From contig CAZHPN010000125.1 in the NCBI GenBank assembly GCA_964534375.1, positions 1 to 18,868 of the forward strand: DNA of 18,868 bases. The letters run 5' to 3'. The notes below the pieces were generated by a model. That model did not search any database. It was not told the DNA's origin and saw only the letters and a list, made by a program, of their open reading frames with translations. A program made the translations under genes and the position numbers. Source of the stretch: an uncultured bacterium (GTDB taxonomy: Bacteria; Lernaellota; Lernaellaia; Lernaellales; Lernaellaceae). Positions 1-8,639 of this stretch are shown piece after piece; positions within the stretch are counted from its first letter, which is position 1; each line of letters begins with the position of its first letter.

Positions 1-83
1 GCCGCAGGCGAAATCAGCCCTCATTTTTTTCCTAACTGGCGAAGTTGGGCTAGATTAAGCGCGCGCCGCCTTGCCGCGCGGTG

Positions 84-358
84 TTTTTCGCGCAGACCTC
101 TCCCCGGAAATTTCGGTTCCCGAAATTTCCCGCCCCTCCCCGACACAGGGAGGGGCACGCGGACGTCGCATTGGTAGGCGGAAAGGCGTTGAATAAAAGA
201 CCTCGTGTGTTGTTTCACCAAGTACGAAGGCGAACTCGCGGACTGTGCAGAACCTCTCCGCAACCCGGGTTCGCCACGGTTTCTTCTCGCCCCTCCCTGT
301 GTCGGGGAGGGGCGCGGCCACGCCGGGCGTGGCCGGGGGAGAGGTCCGCGCGGAAAAA
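84..358. repeat. Non-coding element bounded by ~70-bp imperfect inverted repeats (REPIN/MITE-like)
   Basis: Left arm 84-156 (tttttcgcgcagacctctccccgg[hairpin]cgcccctccccgacacagggaggggc) is the reverse complement of right arm 289-358. The 25-bp segment 132-156 matches 289-313 exactly. An outer 10-bp inverted pair also exists: gattaagcgc 53-62 / gcgcttaatc 392-401. Confidence 0.85.
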
Positions 359-491
359 GAATCAGGCAAATTCGCTTTTCGAAGGGTCGCTGCGCTTAAT
401 CCTAAAGCCTATGCGGCACACGGAGGGGCGACCGGCCGCCCTGTCAGTGCGCAGCCCTGGCCACTGATATATCCGTGAGTCGAAAATATCG

Positions 492-536
492 GTCCCATAG
501 GTCCCATACGTCCCATGCCTCTCATAATTCCCATTG
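492..536. repeat. Degenerate 9-bp tandem repeat (gtcccatag-like, ~5 units)
   Basis: gtcccatag gtcccatac gtcccatgc ctctcataa ttcccattg, just downstream of the ceramidase-like gene. Confidence 0.75.
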
Positions 537-564
537 TGACGAATTCTTAACCCGGCGCCGCGCG

Positions 565-1923
565 TTACGGCGCCGCCTGAACGATCGTCGCCGACGGCCA
601 GAATGCGGCCTTCAGCTTCGTCACGGCGTGCGGGCCGATGTAGCACGAATCCGGCGCGTAGCCGCCCTCCTCGTATTCCACGCCCGTGACGAAATATCCC
701 CAATAATCGTTGACCGGTCCGGAGATCAAGCAATGGAACGTCGGATCGCACAAGCTTTCCAATTCGCGGGCGACCAACGTCGTCGGCTCGCCGGGCGCGC
801 CCAGCACGATCAGCCGGCCGATACGCAACGCCTGGAACGGCGCGTCCGGCCGCAGATAGAGGACTTTGGCCAAACCGGGGTGGACGGGCATGCCGCCGAA
901 CAAGCGGATTTGCACGCGCGAGAGATCGGTGCGGTTCACGTGCCCGCCCACGACTTTGTCGGTCAGCGGCTGCAGCGACGGCAGGCGTTTCTCGACCGCC
1001 GCCGCCATTTTTTCGCCGTACGCGTGCATATCTTGGATTTCCTTGGCGACCGTGCTCCAATCCGGCGTCGGCGCGGCGTCGCCGAGCGCGCCGTTGAGGA
1101 AGATCGCCGTGCCGCCGTTGTCCTGCTCGAGCCGGCTGTTCATCACGCCCGGCCAGTCGGCGGAGATTTTCATGTTGTCGGGCGACAACACGGTCGGGTG
1201 TGAGGCGAAGTGCACCAGCAGCGCGATCGGCTTGCCGTCGAGGCCGACCGCGCGCACGACCGTCAGCCGGCGATCGGTCTGGTATTTCACCGGGTCGGGC
1301 TTGATCGGCGAACTGGAGTCGAAACCGCCGACGCCGACGTCGAAAGCCGGATCGCGGCGGCTGCGGTTCATGCCGAGCAGTTCGCTCGTGTCCGTCGACA
1401 ACACGGCCGGCCGCAGGGCGGCGTCGGCCGCCAGCACGGCGGCGACGATGCCGTTGACGACCTGGTCGAGGATGCGCTGGTCGAACGGCCCCATGACGGC
1501 CTGCACGATGCGCCGGCGATCGTAGCCGGAAGGCGCGGCGTGAGTGTGCGTGCCGGCGATCATCAAATTGTGCTCGCCGTAACCGTGCGGCGCGAGTTTG
1601 TCGACGACGCGGTCGCGCACTTCGCTGTCGACGAAACAGAGGTCGAGCACGACCAGGGCGACCCGCCGTCCGGCCGGGTCGGCCACGGCCAGCGCCCGCG
1701 CATAGATCGGGTCGAGGACGCCGGTCGCGGGTTTGCCGCCGCGCCCGCCGTACCCGTTGAGCGTGACCGGCATGGCCGCCGGATTCGGCGTGATGTCGAC
1801 TTTGGCCGCGCCGACGCGGAACTCATTCGCGGCGCGGGTCTCGGCGGCCGGCGTCGCCGGCCGACTCAACGCCGCCGCCGCGGCCACGAGCAACAGTGTG
1901 AGAAACCAGGCTTTGCGTTTCAT
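565..1923 (-). CDS. Secreted neutral/alkaline non-lysosomal ceramidase-family metallohydrolase
   Basis: 452 aa with an N-terminal signal peptide (MKRKAWFLTLLLVAAAAALS). Family motifs: VGAAKVDITP, DPIYARAL, NLMIAGTHTHAAP (THTH Zn site), FASHPT, ISADWPG, FLNGALGD, PGEPTT, NDYWGYFVTGVEYEEGGY. Confidence 0.85.
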   Translation of the reverse strand: MKRKAWFLTLLLVAAAAALSRPATPAAETRAANEFRVGAAKVDITPNPAAMPVTLNGYGGRGGKPATGVLDPIYARALAVADPAGRRVALVVLDLCFVDSEVRDRVVDKLAPHGYGEHNLMIAGTHTHAAPSGYDRRRIVQAVMGPFDQRILDQVVNGIVAAVLAADAALRPAVLSTDTSELLGMNRSRRDPAFDVGVGGFDSSSPIKPDPVKYQTDRRLTVVRAVGLDGKPIALLVHFASHPTVLSPDNMKISADWPGVMNSRLEQDNGGTAIFLNGALGDAAPTPDWSTVAKEIQDMHAYGEKMAAAVEKRLPSLQPLTDKVVGGHVNRTDLSRVQIRLFGGMPVHPGLAKVLYLRPDAPFQALRIGRLIVLGAPGEPTTLVARELESLCDPTFHCLISGPVNDYWGYFVTGVEYEEGGYAPDSCYIGPHAVTKLKAAFWPSATIVQAAP

Positions 1924-2047
1924 CGTTTGCCCTCGCGCGCCCGCGCCGGCGCGGCGTGCGGCGCGCCTCCAGCAGAATCCCGCCGCCGCCGGCCGTCAAG
2001 GCCTGCACGGGCGGGACAAGACGGCGCCGTCCGCCGGGTCCGTGGCG

Positions 2048-3694
2048 TCAGCGGGCCTGCACGTGTGTCGGCGGCTGCTGGACGAGCGGCGCCACGGGCA
2101 TGGCCGTGTTCCCGTCCGGCGCCGGCGCGGTGATGTTCATCTGCTCGATAATGCTCAGAATGATCTTCGCCTTCTCGATCAGCACGATGACGAAGGCGCG
2201 GAAGTCGGTCCGCGTGGGTTCCCAGAACGGCCCCGACCAATCGCCCGTGTCGTTGTACCATGAGGAGATCAGTTCGACGACCCAATCGAAGCTGCCCAGC
2301 CCGAAGGCCTCCAGCACGGGTTCAAATGTGGCGATGATCGGGAACGGTTTTCGTTCCGCCATGTTGTCGCGCAACGCGGCCGACAAATTGCGAATGGCGA
2401 CCGCCTCGTTGAGCGTGATCGTCAAACCCAGACCCGAAATGGTCAGCGTTTCGTCCGGATCCCAGTCGCCGTTGCCGTTCGTGTCGGTGTAACTGAAAGC
2501 CAGGTCTTCCTTCTTGGTGTGATCGTCGAACATGAAATCGAACATTTCGACGATCGAGGCGAACATCAACCCGACTTCCTGGCCGCCCTGTTGGATCTGC
2601 GGAATGGCCCACGGTTCGTCGAGGATCAGGAAGCCGTTCGGGAAGACGGGGTCGTACATCAAGATTTCGAGCGTGCGGATCACCGCGCGCATGATCGGCT
2701 GCAAACCCTGGGGGTTGGCGTACGTGAAGTTCAGCGAGAACGCCGGGAAATTCATTTCCAGGTCGACGGCCGTGGCCATCAACAGCAACGCGTGGAAGCC
2801 GTAGGCCAGCGTCCGCGACAGATACATGAAGCCGCCGTCGTACCGGCCGTGCAAGTCGATATCCACCTTCGGGTTGACCAGCGTCCAGTCGTACGTGAGC
2901 AGCTCGAACACGTAGTCGCTCGGGTGCGCGAACAGCCAATCGCTGTTCTCGATGATCTGCGGCGGAATGTCGAGGTCGATCAAGCGGAACAGGATCTGCA
3001 AGCCGATCGTCGTGTGGTCGAAACAACTGCGGTCGTAGCCGTTGCAATCGCCCAGGTGCTGCATGTAGCACTTGGTGTGATGTTCGACATACGAGTAGGG
3101 ACAATGGGTGATGCAGTCTTCGACGTCGAATGTCACCGGCGGCTGAATCTGGCCGCACAGTTTCAAGTTGTTGCACAACTTCTCGCAGTTGGCCGGGGTG
3201 GTCGGGATGATCCATTCCAGGCCGACGTCGTGGATGCGGAAGCACGTGCTGCCGTCGATCAGCGTTTCGAACATATACGGTTGCAGGAAGAAGGGGCAAT
3301 CCTTGACGCAGGTTTCCTTGGTGGTCCACGCATCCTGCATCAAATTGCATTCTTCAAGGCGCGCGCAGGCTTGCTCGCATTGGAGTTGCGACGGGTTTTC
3401 CAGCAGCACGCCGCTCAAGATTTGGATAATGCCGTCGATGTTCGAGAAGACCCGCTTGTCGAGCGCCAACACGATGCCGTAGTGGCCCTCGACATTGTCC
3501 GGCGCCATCGACAGCGCCTGCAAATATTCGTCGTAGGCGACCGAGCCGTGGCCCCACGAAAGATTCTTCCGGCCGCCGTACAGCAGATCCTGCAACGTCG
3601 GCGGCGCCGGCGTATGGCCCATGCACGAGCCGAGGAAGATCATGGCGAACGAAGCGGCGAGCAGCGAGACGGTGAGCAGTGCGACCTTTTTCAC
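2048..3694 (-). CDS. Hypothetical lipoprotein with TPR-like helix pair, two Cys-rich repeats and a DxNxNG Ca-binding-like loop
   Basis: 548 aa, GTG start preceded by GGGAGG. Lipobox-like LGSC (Cys24). TPR-like AYDEYLQALSMAPDNVEGHYGIVLA. Two C-x3-C-x5-C-x12/13-C-x3-C units. DTNGNGDWDPDE loop. Strong GC3 codon bias. Confidence 0.8.
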   Translation of the reverse strand: MKKVALLTVSLLAASFAMIFLGSCMGHTPAPPTLQDLLYGGRKNLSWGHGSVAYDEYLQALSMAPDNVEGHYGIVLALDKRVFSNIDGIIQILSGVLLENPSQLQCEQACARLEECNLMQDAWTTKETCVKDCPFFLQPYMFETLIDGSTCFRIHDVGLEWIIPTTPANCEKLCNNLKLCGQIQPPVTFDVEDCITHCPYSYVEHHTKCYMQHLGDCNGYDRSCFDHTTIGLQILFRLIDLDIPPQIIENSDWLFAHPSDYVFELLTYDWTLVNPKVDIDLHGRYDGGFMYLSRTLAYGFHALLLMATAVDLEMNFPAFSLNFTYANPQGLQPIMRAVIRTLEILMYDPVFPNGFLILDEPWAIPQIQQGGQEVGLMFASIVEMFDFMFDDHTKKEDLAFSYTDTNGNGDWDPDETLTISGLGLTITLNEAVAIRNLSAALRDNMAERKPFPIIATFEPVLEAFGLGSFDWVVELISSWYNDTGDWSGPFWEPTRTDFRAFVIVLIEKAKIILSIIEQMNITAPAPDGNTAMPVAPLVQQPPTHVQAR

Positions 3695-3697
3695 GGC

Positions 3698-5302
3698 TCA
3701 GATACCTCCCTGTTGTTTCGGCGGCGCCGGCGGCGGGGCCGGGGCCGGGGCGCTGGGCTGCGGCGCGGGTGACGGCGACACGGCCGGCGGCGCGGCCGGG
3801 GCCGCCGCGCCGGGCGTCGTCGTCGGTTGCGGCGACACGGCGGGCGGCGCAGCCGGTTGCTGCGGCTGCGACGGTCCGGTCGGCGGATTGCGATCGAGCA
3901 GCCGGTACTTCGGCGGCGGCGCGATCGGAATCAGGAAACCGACGCCCATCTGGTAGATGTCGCGGAACACCATGGTGTTCCGGCCGTCGGTCAAGTACTC
4001 GGCGTGAAACACGGCCAGACCGGGGATGTACAACGGCGTCAACGGCACCGAGACCTGACCGAAAATGCGGCCGTCGTCGCCGTTGCCCACCAGGCCGATG
4101 ACCTTGATGAGCTTGACGAAGCCGGGGCTGTTGGTCTGGAAGTTGCCCATGAAACCCCAACCGTGACGATAGCCGAACGACGCCGGCCCGATGCCCATCG
4201 TCGCGGACGCGGCGATCCACGGCGGCGGTGTGTAATAGTAGTGGGGCTTCATGTCGGACAAATCGGGGAACAGATCCAGTTGCACCTTCTGCGACGTCAA
4301 ATAATCGATGACGTCCTGATTCGGCTTCAGGAATTTGGGGCTCGTGCGCTCGGTCTGTCCGAAGACCGCGCCTTCGCCGGAGAACGAGAACGAGACCAAT
4401 TTGGCCGGGGCCGGCAGGCGGAAATCCAGCACCGGATTGAGCCCCGCGCCCCAAGCGGAGGAACCGGTGTCGAGATCGGGCCCGAGCGCGAAAATGATGT
4501 TGTCGTTCGGCGCGGCGCGGTGGGCCGTCGGCAGATACAATTTGGGGGTGATCGCGGCGGCGACGTACTCTTGCCGCAGGTAGTTCCACGTGACGAAAAT
4601 CGCGGTGTCGCCCATGTCGAGCGGGTTGGACTTGTAGCTCAGTTTCGGCACCGGCCGGCCCAGTTGCACCAGCAGTTTGTAGAAATCGTTCAACGTCGCG
4701 ACGCCCATGCGCTCGCACGACCCCGGCAGCAGAATCGGGTTCATCGAGATGTTGATGTCCGCGAACAGGGTGTTGACGCCGATCATGACGTGGTCGGAAA
4801 TCCCGTAGATCAGGGCGAACAAGTAACCGCGCGTGGTGCCGCGGGCGTTGAAGTTGAAATCGAAGAAATGCTCGCCGTTATACAGGCGAAACGGATCGGG
4901 GACGTGGAACACCGGGATGATGTCGATCAGGTGCCGGTTGTTGTCGAAGCGCTGCGCCGCGCGCATCGTGCCGTAGCCGAACATCGGCACCAGGAACCCC
5001 TCCGGCATCGTCTGCGACGCGCCCCAGAAATCGAGCTCCGTCAGCGCCATTTTTTCCGCGCGTTTGATCCATCGTCCGTAATCGCCCAGCGCCGACCCCG
5101 GCTCGTCCTGTTTGCCGGCGTCCCCCGATTCCACCATGCCGGGCGCGGCCGCCATGTTCATGGGAACCGCGAACGCCGGCTCGATCGATTGCGCCGCGAC
5201 GGGCGCCGGCGAGAACAGCAACAGCGCGCCGGCCGCCAGCAAAAGAACGACGGCCGGCATGCCAGAGGGCAAGCGTAGACGTTGGACGCTGATCATAATC
5301 AT
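3698..5302 (-). CDS. Hypothetical exported protein, probable outer-membrane beta-barrel (SphA/'phenol meta-pathway transporter'-like pattern) with Pro/Ala-rich C-terminal tail
   Basis: The ORF track starts at 5332; ATG 5302 has GGAGA upstream. Signal peptide ends PVAA-Q. Alternating aromatic/hydrophobic beta-strand segments. DMGDTAIFVTWNY...PKLYLPTA...DTGSSAWG resembles the G.GD...LPTG...G.G.W pattern. The reading frame is well supported; the product call is inference. Confidence 0.6.
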   Translation of the reverse strand: MIMISVQRLRLPSGMPAVVLLLAAGALLLFSPAPVAAQSIEPAFAVPMNMAAAPGMVESGDAGKQDEPGSALGDYGRWIKRAEKMALTELDFWGASQTMPEGFLVPMFGYGTMRAAQRFDNNRHLIDIIPVFHVPDPFRLYNGEHFFDFNFNARGTTRGYLFALIYGISDHVMIGVNTLFADINISMNPILLPGSCERMGVATLNDFYKLLVQLGRPVPKLSYKSNPLDMGDTAIFVTWNYLRQEYVAAAITPKLYLPTAHRAAPNDNIIFALGPDLDTGSSAWGAGLNPVLDFRLPAPAKLVSFSFSGEGAVFGQTERTSPKFLKPNQDVIDYLTSQKVQLDLFPDLSDMKPHYYYTPPPWIAASATMGIGPASFGYRHGWGFMGNFQTNSPGFVKLIKVIGLVGNGDDGRIFGQVSVPLTPLYIPGLAVFHAEYLTDGRNTMVFRDIYQMGVGFLIPIAPPPKYRLLDRNPPTGPSQPQQPAAPPAVSPQPTTTPGAAAPAAPPAVSPSPAPQPSAPAPAPPPAPPKQQGGI

Positions 5303-5537
5303 CGGTTCTCCGCGTAAGGACTGAACGGCCATTCAATCCTGCCAGTAGACCATTCTTGCCTTCGCCGGTCAAGCGAAAACCACAGACGGAGCAGGAGCGA
5401 GGGCCGGAAACGCCGCCGTTGCGGCAAGCGGCGAACGGGCCGCGGGGACCCCCTGCGTCAAGAAACTGGCGCCCGCTGCTGGCCAAGCGCTCCCGCCCAG
5501 CCGTCGGTTGTTCTTGGGCAACGGTTCCGCCCTGGTC

Positions 5538-5558
5538 CATTCCGCATTCCGCATTCGC
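5538..5558. repeat. Heptamer tandem repeat (cattccg)x3
   Basis: cattccg cattccg cattcgc, in the divergent intergenic region upstream of pcrA. Confidence 0.6.
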
Positions 5559-5630
5559 CCTGCGGCATTCCTACGCCCCTTGCTTGCCGGCCCTCGAGCC
5601 TCGTAGGATGCGCCTTTCGCCGGAGCGCAC

Positions 5631-7883
5631 ATGACCGAAGTCGGCAGCTTGATTTTGCAGGATCTCAACGACGCGCAACGCGAGGCGGTGACCGCGCCGG
5701 ACGGCCCGTTGCTGGTGTTCGCCGGCGCCGGGTCCGGCAAGACGCGCGTCCTGACGCGGCGCATCGCCTATCTGCTTACGGAGCGCGGCGCCCATCCCTC
5801 CGAGATCTTCGCGGTCACGTTCACCAACAAAGCCGCCGGGGAGATGCAGCGGCGCGTCGAGGAACTGGTCGGCCGCCACGCGCGCGGCATGTGGATTCAT
5901 ACGTTCCACAGCGCCTGCGCGCGCCTGCTGCGCGCCCATCCCGAGCGCGTCGGCCGCGAGCCGGGTTTCGTCATCTACGACGACGCCGATCAGCAAACGC
6001 TGATCAAAGAGTTGCTGGGCAAAGTCGAGTTGGATCCCAAGAAATGGCCGCCGCGGCAGATTGCCCATTGGTTCGACCTGGCGAAGAACGAGGCGGTCTC
6101 GCCGGCCGAACATTTGCCGGGCGCGCTGGCGCATGAACGGCCCCGGCTGTTGGCGTTGGCGAAGCTTTACGAACGGCGCGTCCGCGAGGCGAACGCTTTC
6201 GATTTCGGCGATCTGATCGTCGAGGCGATCCGCCTCCTGCGCGACAATCCGGAGATCGGCGCCAGCTATCGCCAGCGCTTTCGCCACTTGTTGGTCGACG
6301 AATTCCAGGACACCAATCGCGCGCAGTATCTGCTGCTCGACCAACTGCTCGACGAGCATCGCCATTTGACCGTGGTCGGCGATGACGATCAGTCGATCTA
6401 CCGCTGGCGCGGCGCCCGGCTGGCCAACATCCTCGAGTTCGAGAAGCGTTTCCCCGACGCCAAAGTCGTGATCCTCGGCACGAATTATCGCAGCAGCGCG
6501 CGCATCCTGCGCGCCGCCGACGCGCTGATCCGCCAGAACGTCGGCCGGCAGGCGAAAAAGATGGATACGCCCAATCCCGCCGGCGCCGCCGTCGTCCGCT
6601 GTCAGATGGACGACGAATACAGCGAAGCGCGTTACGTGGCGACCACGATCGACGAACTGCGCCTGCGGCAGGGCTTGCGGGCCGCGGAGATCGCGGTCTT
6701 TTACCGCATCAACGCCCAGAGCCGGATGATCGAAGAAAAGCTGATCGAACGCGGCATACCGTACATCGTGGTCGGCGGCACGCGGTTTTACGATCGCAAG
6801 GAAATCAAAGACGCCGTCGCCTATCTGCGGCTGGCCGTCAACCCCGCCGACGGGGCCGCCTTCGCCCGCGTCGTCAATGTGCCGCCGCGCGGCGTCGGCG
6901 ACCGCACGATCGAACGCCTTCAGGAAATGGCCGAGCAGAACGGCGTCTCGCTGGTCGCGGTGTGCGCGCGCGTCGGCGAGGGCGAGGGCGAGGGGTTTTC
7001 CGCCAAGGCCCGCGACGAACTGCGGCGCTTCGCCGGCCTGTTCGTCCGCGAACCATTGCCGATTCCCGAAACGCCCTCGGCGACGGCCGCGCGCCTGTTG
7101 ACCGATTCGCGCTACCTGCGCGTTTTGGAAGACAGCAAGAAAATCGAAGATAAGACGCGCCTCGAGAACGTCCGCGAACTTCTCAAATCCGTCGAAGATT
7201 TCGAAAAGGAATTGGGCGCCGAAGCCGAATTGCCGCTATTTCTGGAAAAAGTCAGCCTGCTCTCCGACCCCGACCTATACGACGAACGCGCCGACGCCGT
7301 CGCGTTGATGACGCTCCATTCCGCGAAAGGGTTGGAGTTTCCGGCGGTGTTCATGGTCGGCGTCGAAGAAGGATTGCTGCCGCACAGCCGCAGCGTGAGC
7401 GATCCGGAACAACTCGAAGAGGAACGGCGCTTGTGTTACGTCGGCGTCACGCGCGCGAAACAACGCCTGTTCTGGACGGCCGCGGCGATGCGCAGTTCGT
7501 TCGGCGGCGCGCCCACGCCGACCCGTCTGTCGCGGTTCTGGTTCGATCTGCCGCCCGACACCGTCGAGGACATCGGTCCGGTGCGGCGCTCGTACCGCGC
7601 GGCGGCGCAGTCGTGGCCGAGCGCGCCGCCGGCCGCGTCGGCAAATGAGCCGGTGTACGACGACAGCGACAGCCAGGACGCCGACGTCAACGTCAGCATC
7701 TGGAAACCCGGCTGCCGCGTCCGCCACCCGACCTTCGGCCGCGGCACGCTGCTGCAAACCACCGGCCACGATGAATTCACGCGCGCCACCGTGGCGTTCG
7801 ACAGCGGTCGCTACGGGGTCAAGACGCTGGTGCTGAAATTCGCGAATTTGAGCTACGAGGGGCCGGGGCGAGGCGGACAATGA
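5631..7883 (+). CDS. pcrA: ATP-dependent SF1 DNA helicase PcrA/UvrD
   Basis: 750 aa. LNDAQREAV Q-motif, AGAGSGKT Walker A, TFTNKAA, LVDEFQDTN Walker B, VGDDDQSIYRWRGA, NYRS, LMTLHSAKGLEF, EEERRLCYVGVTRA. C-terminal Tudor-like RVRHPTFGRG domain. Confidence 0.96.
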   Translation: MTEVGSLILQDLNDAQREAVTAPDGPLLVFAGAGSGKTRVLTRRIAYLLTERGAHPSEIFAVTFTNKAAGEMQRRVEELVGRHARGMWIHTFHSACARLLRAHPERVGREPGFVIYDDADQQTLIKELLGKVELDPKKWPPRQIAHWFDLAKNEAVSPAEHLPGALAHERPRLLALAKLYERRVREANAFDFGDLIVEAIRLLRDNPEIGASYRQRFRHLLVDEFQDTNRAQYLLLDQLLDEHRHLTVVGDDDQSIYRWRGARLANILEFEKRFPDAKVVILGTNYRSSARILRAADALIRQNVGRQAKKMDTPNPAGAAVVRCQMDDEYSEARYVATTIDELRLRQGLRAAEIAVFYRINAQSRMIEEKLIERGIPYIVVGGTRFYDRKEIKDAVAYLRLAVNPADGAAFARVVNVPPRGVGDRTIERLQEMAEQNGVSLVAVCARVGEGEGEGFSAKARDELRRFAGLFVREPLPIPETPSATAARLLTDSRYLRVLEDSKKIEDKTRLENVRELLKSVEDFEKELGAEAELPLFLEKVSLLSDPDLYDERADAVALMTLHSAKGLEFPAVFMVGVEEGLLPHSRSVSDPEQLEEERRLCYVGVTRAKQRLFWTAAAMRSSFGGAPTPTRLSRFWFDLPPDTVEDIGPVRRSYRAAAQSWPSAPPAASANEPVYDDSDSQDADVNVSIWKPGCRVRHPTFGRGTLLQTTGHDEFTRATVAFDSGRYGVKTLVLKFANLSYEGPGRGGQ

Positions 7884-7895
7884 GGATCGCCGCTT

Positions 7896-8062
7896 AAACC
7901 GCCGAGGACGCAGAGGACGCGGAGGTTTGGATTTGACTCGATTGACAAAACCTTTGCGGCCGGCGCCTGCCCCGAGCGAGGTTGAGGGGCGTCTTTGCGG
8001 TCAGAAAACATGAAATCATTAAATCCTGCCGACCTCCGCGTCCTCTGCGTCCTCGGCGGTTT
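7896..8062. repeat. 167-bp non-coding element with perfect 31-bp terminal inverted repeats
   Basis: aaaccgccgaggacgcagaggacgcggaggt (7896-7926) is the exact reverse complement of 8032-8062. It lies between the convergent pcrA and thioredoxin genes. Confidence 0.9.
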
Positions 8063-8071
8063 TGATTCCTT

Positions 8072-8452
8072 TCATCCCTTCCGAGCGCCGAAATGCGCAG
8101 CGATCGCCTGGTCGAGAACCTCTTCCGGACGGAAGCCGCCGATCAACTCGACGAGCCGGCCGTCCGCGAAAAAAGCGGTCGCCGGCACGCCGCGCAAATC
8201 GAGTTCCTGCACGATGGCCGGAACCTCGGCGGTGTTCGCGTGCACGCCGATCAGTTCGTCGCGATGGCGCGCCAGGACGTTCTTGACGTTGGGCGCCATC
8301 TTGCGGCAATACGGACACGTGCTGCTCCAGAGAAACAGCATGATCGGCTTCTCCGCGGAGGCGACCAACGCCGCGAACGACTCGTCGCTGACGTGCTCGA
8401 ACGACGCCTGCGGCGGTTCGCTCCCGCTCCACATTTTCGACAGCCAACCCAT
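8072..8452 (-). CDS. Thioredoxin-family protein (CPYC active site)
   Basis: 126 aa. HVSDESFAALV, LFLWSSTCPYCRKMAP, cis-Pro motif RGVPAT, FFADGRLVELIGG. Confidence 0.9.
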   Translation of the reverse strand: MGWLSKMWSGSEPPQASFEHVSDESFAALVASAEKPIMLFLWSSTCPYCRKMAPNVKNVLARHRDELIGVHANTAEVPAIVQELDLRGVPATAFFADGRLVELIGGFRPEEVLDQAIAAHFGARKG

Positions 8453-8639
8453 GTTGCCTTCTTGCCTTTTGCCCCGCCCGACTTACGTTTTCAGCGAAGC
8501 GAAAACCGTCGTTGCGGCGTTCCGTGTGCACATTTTTTGTGCATGGGACCCCAAGTTGCGAATTTTCCAGTAAAACCGGATTCCGCCGCTGCTGTTGTCC
8601 ACAGCCTATTCCCCAAAAACTGTGGAAGAATAACCGCCA

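Noticed and set aside
21..478. Short ORFs at the window start
   Set aside because: They overlap the inverted-repeat element, lack codon bias and RBSs, and show no recognisable domains.
2970..3390. Multiheme cytochrome or Fe-S protein
   Set aside because: There is no CxxCH or ferredoxin-type CxxCxxC motif. In an exported lipoprotein, disulfides are more likely.
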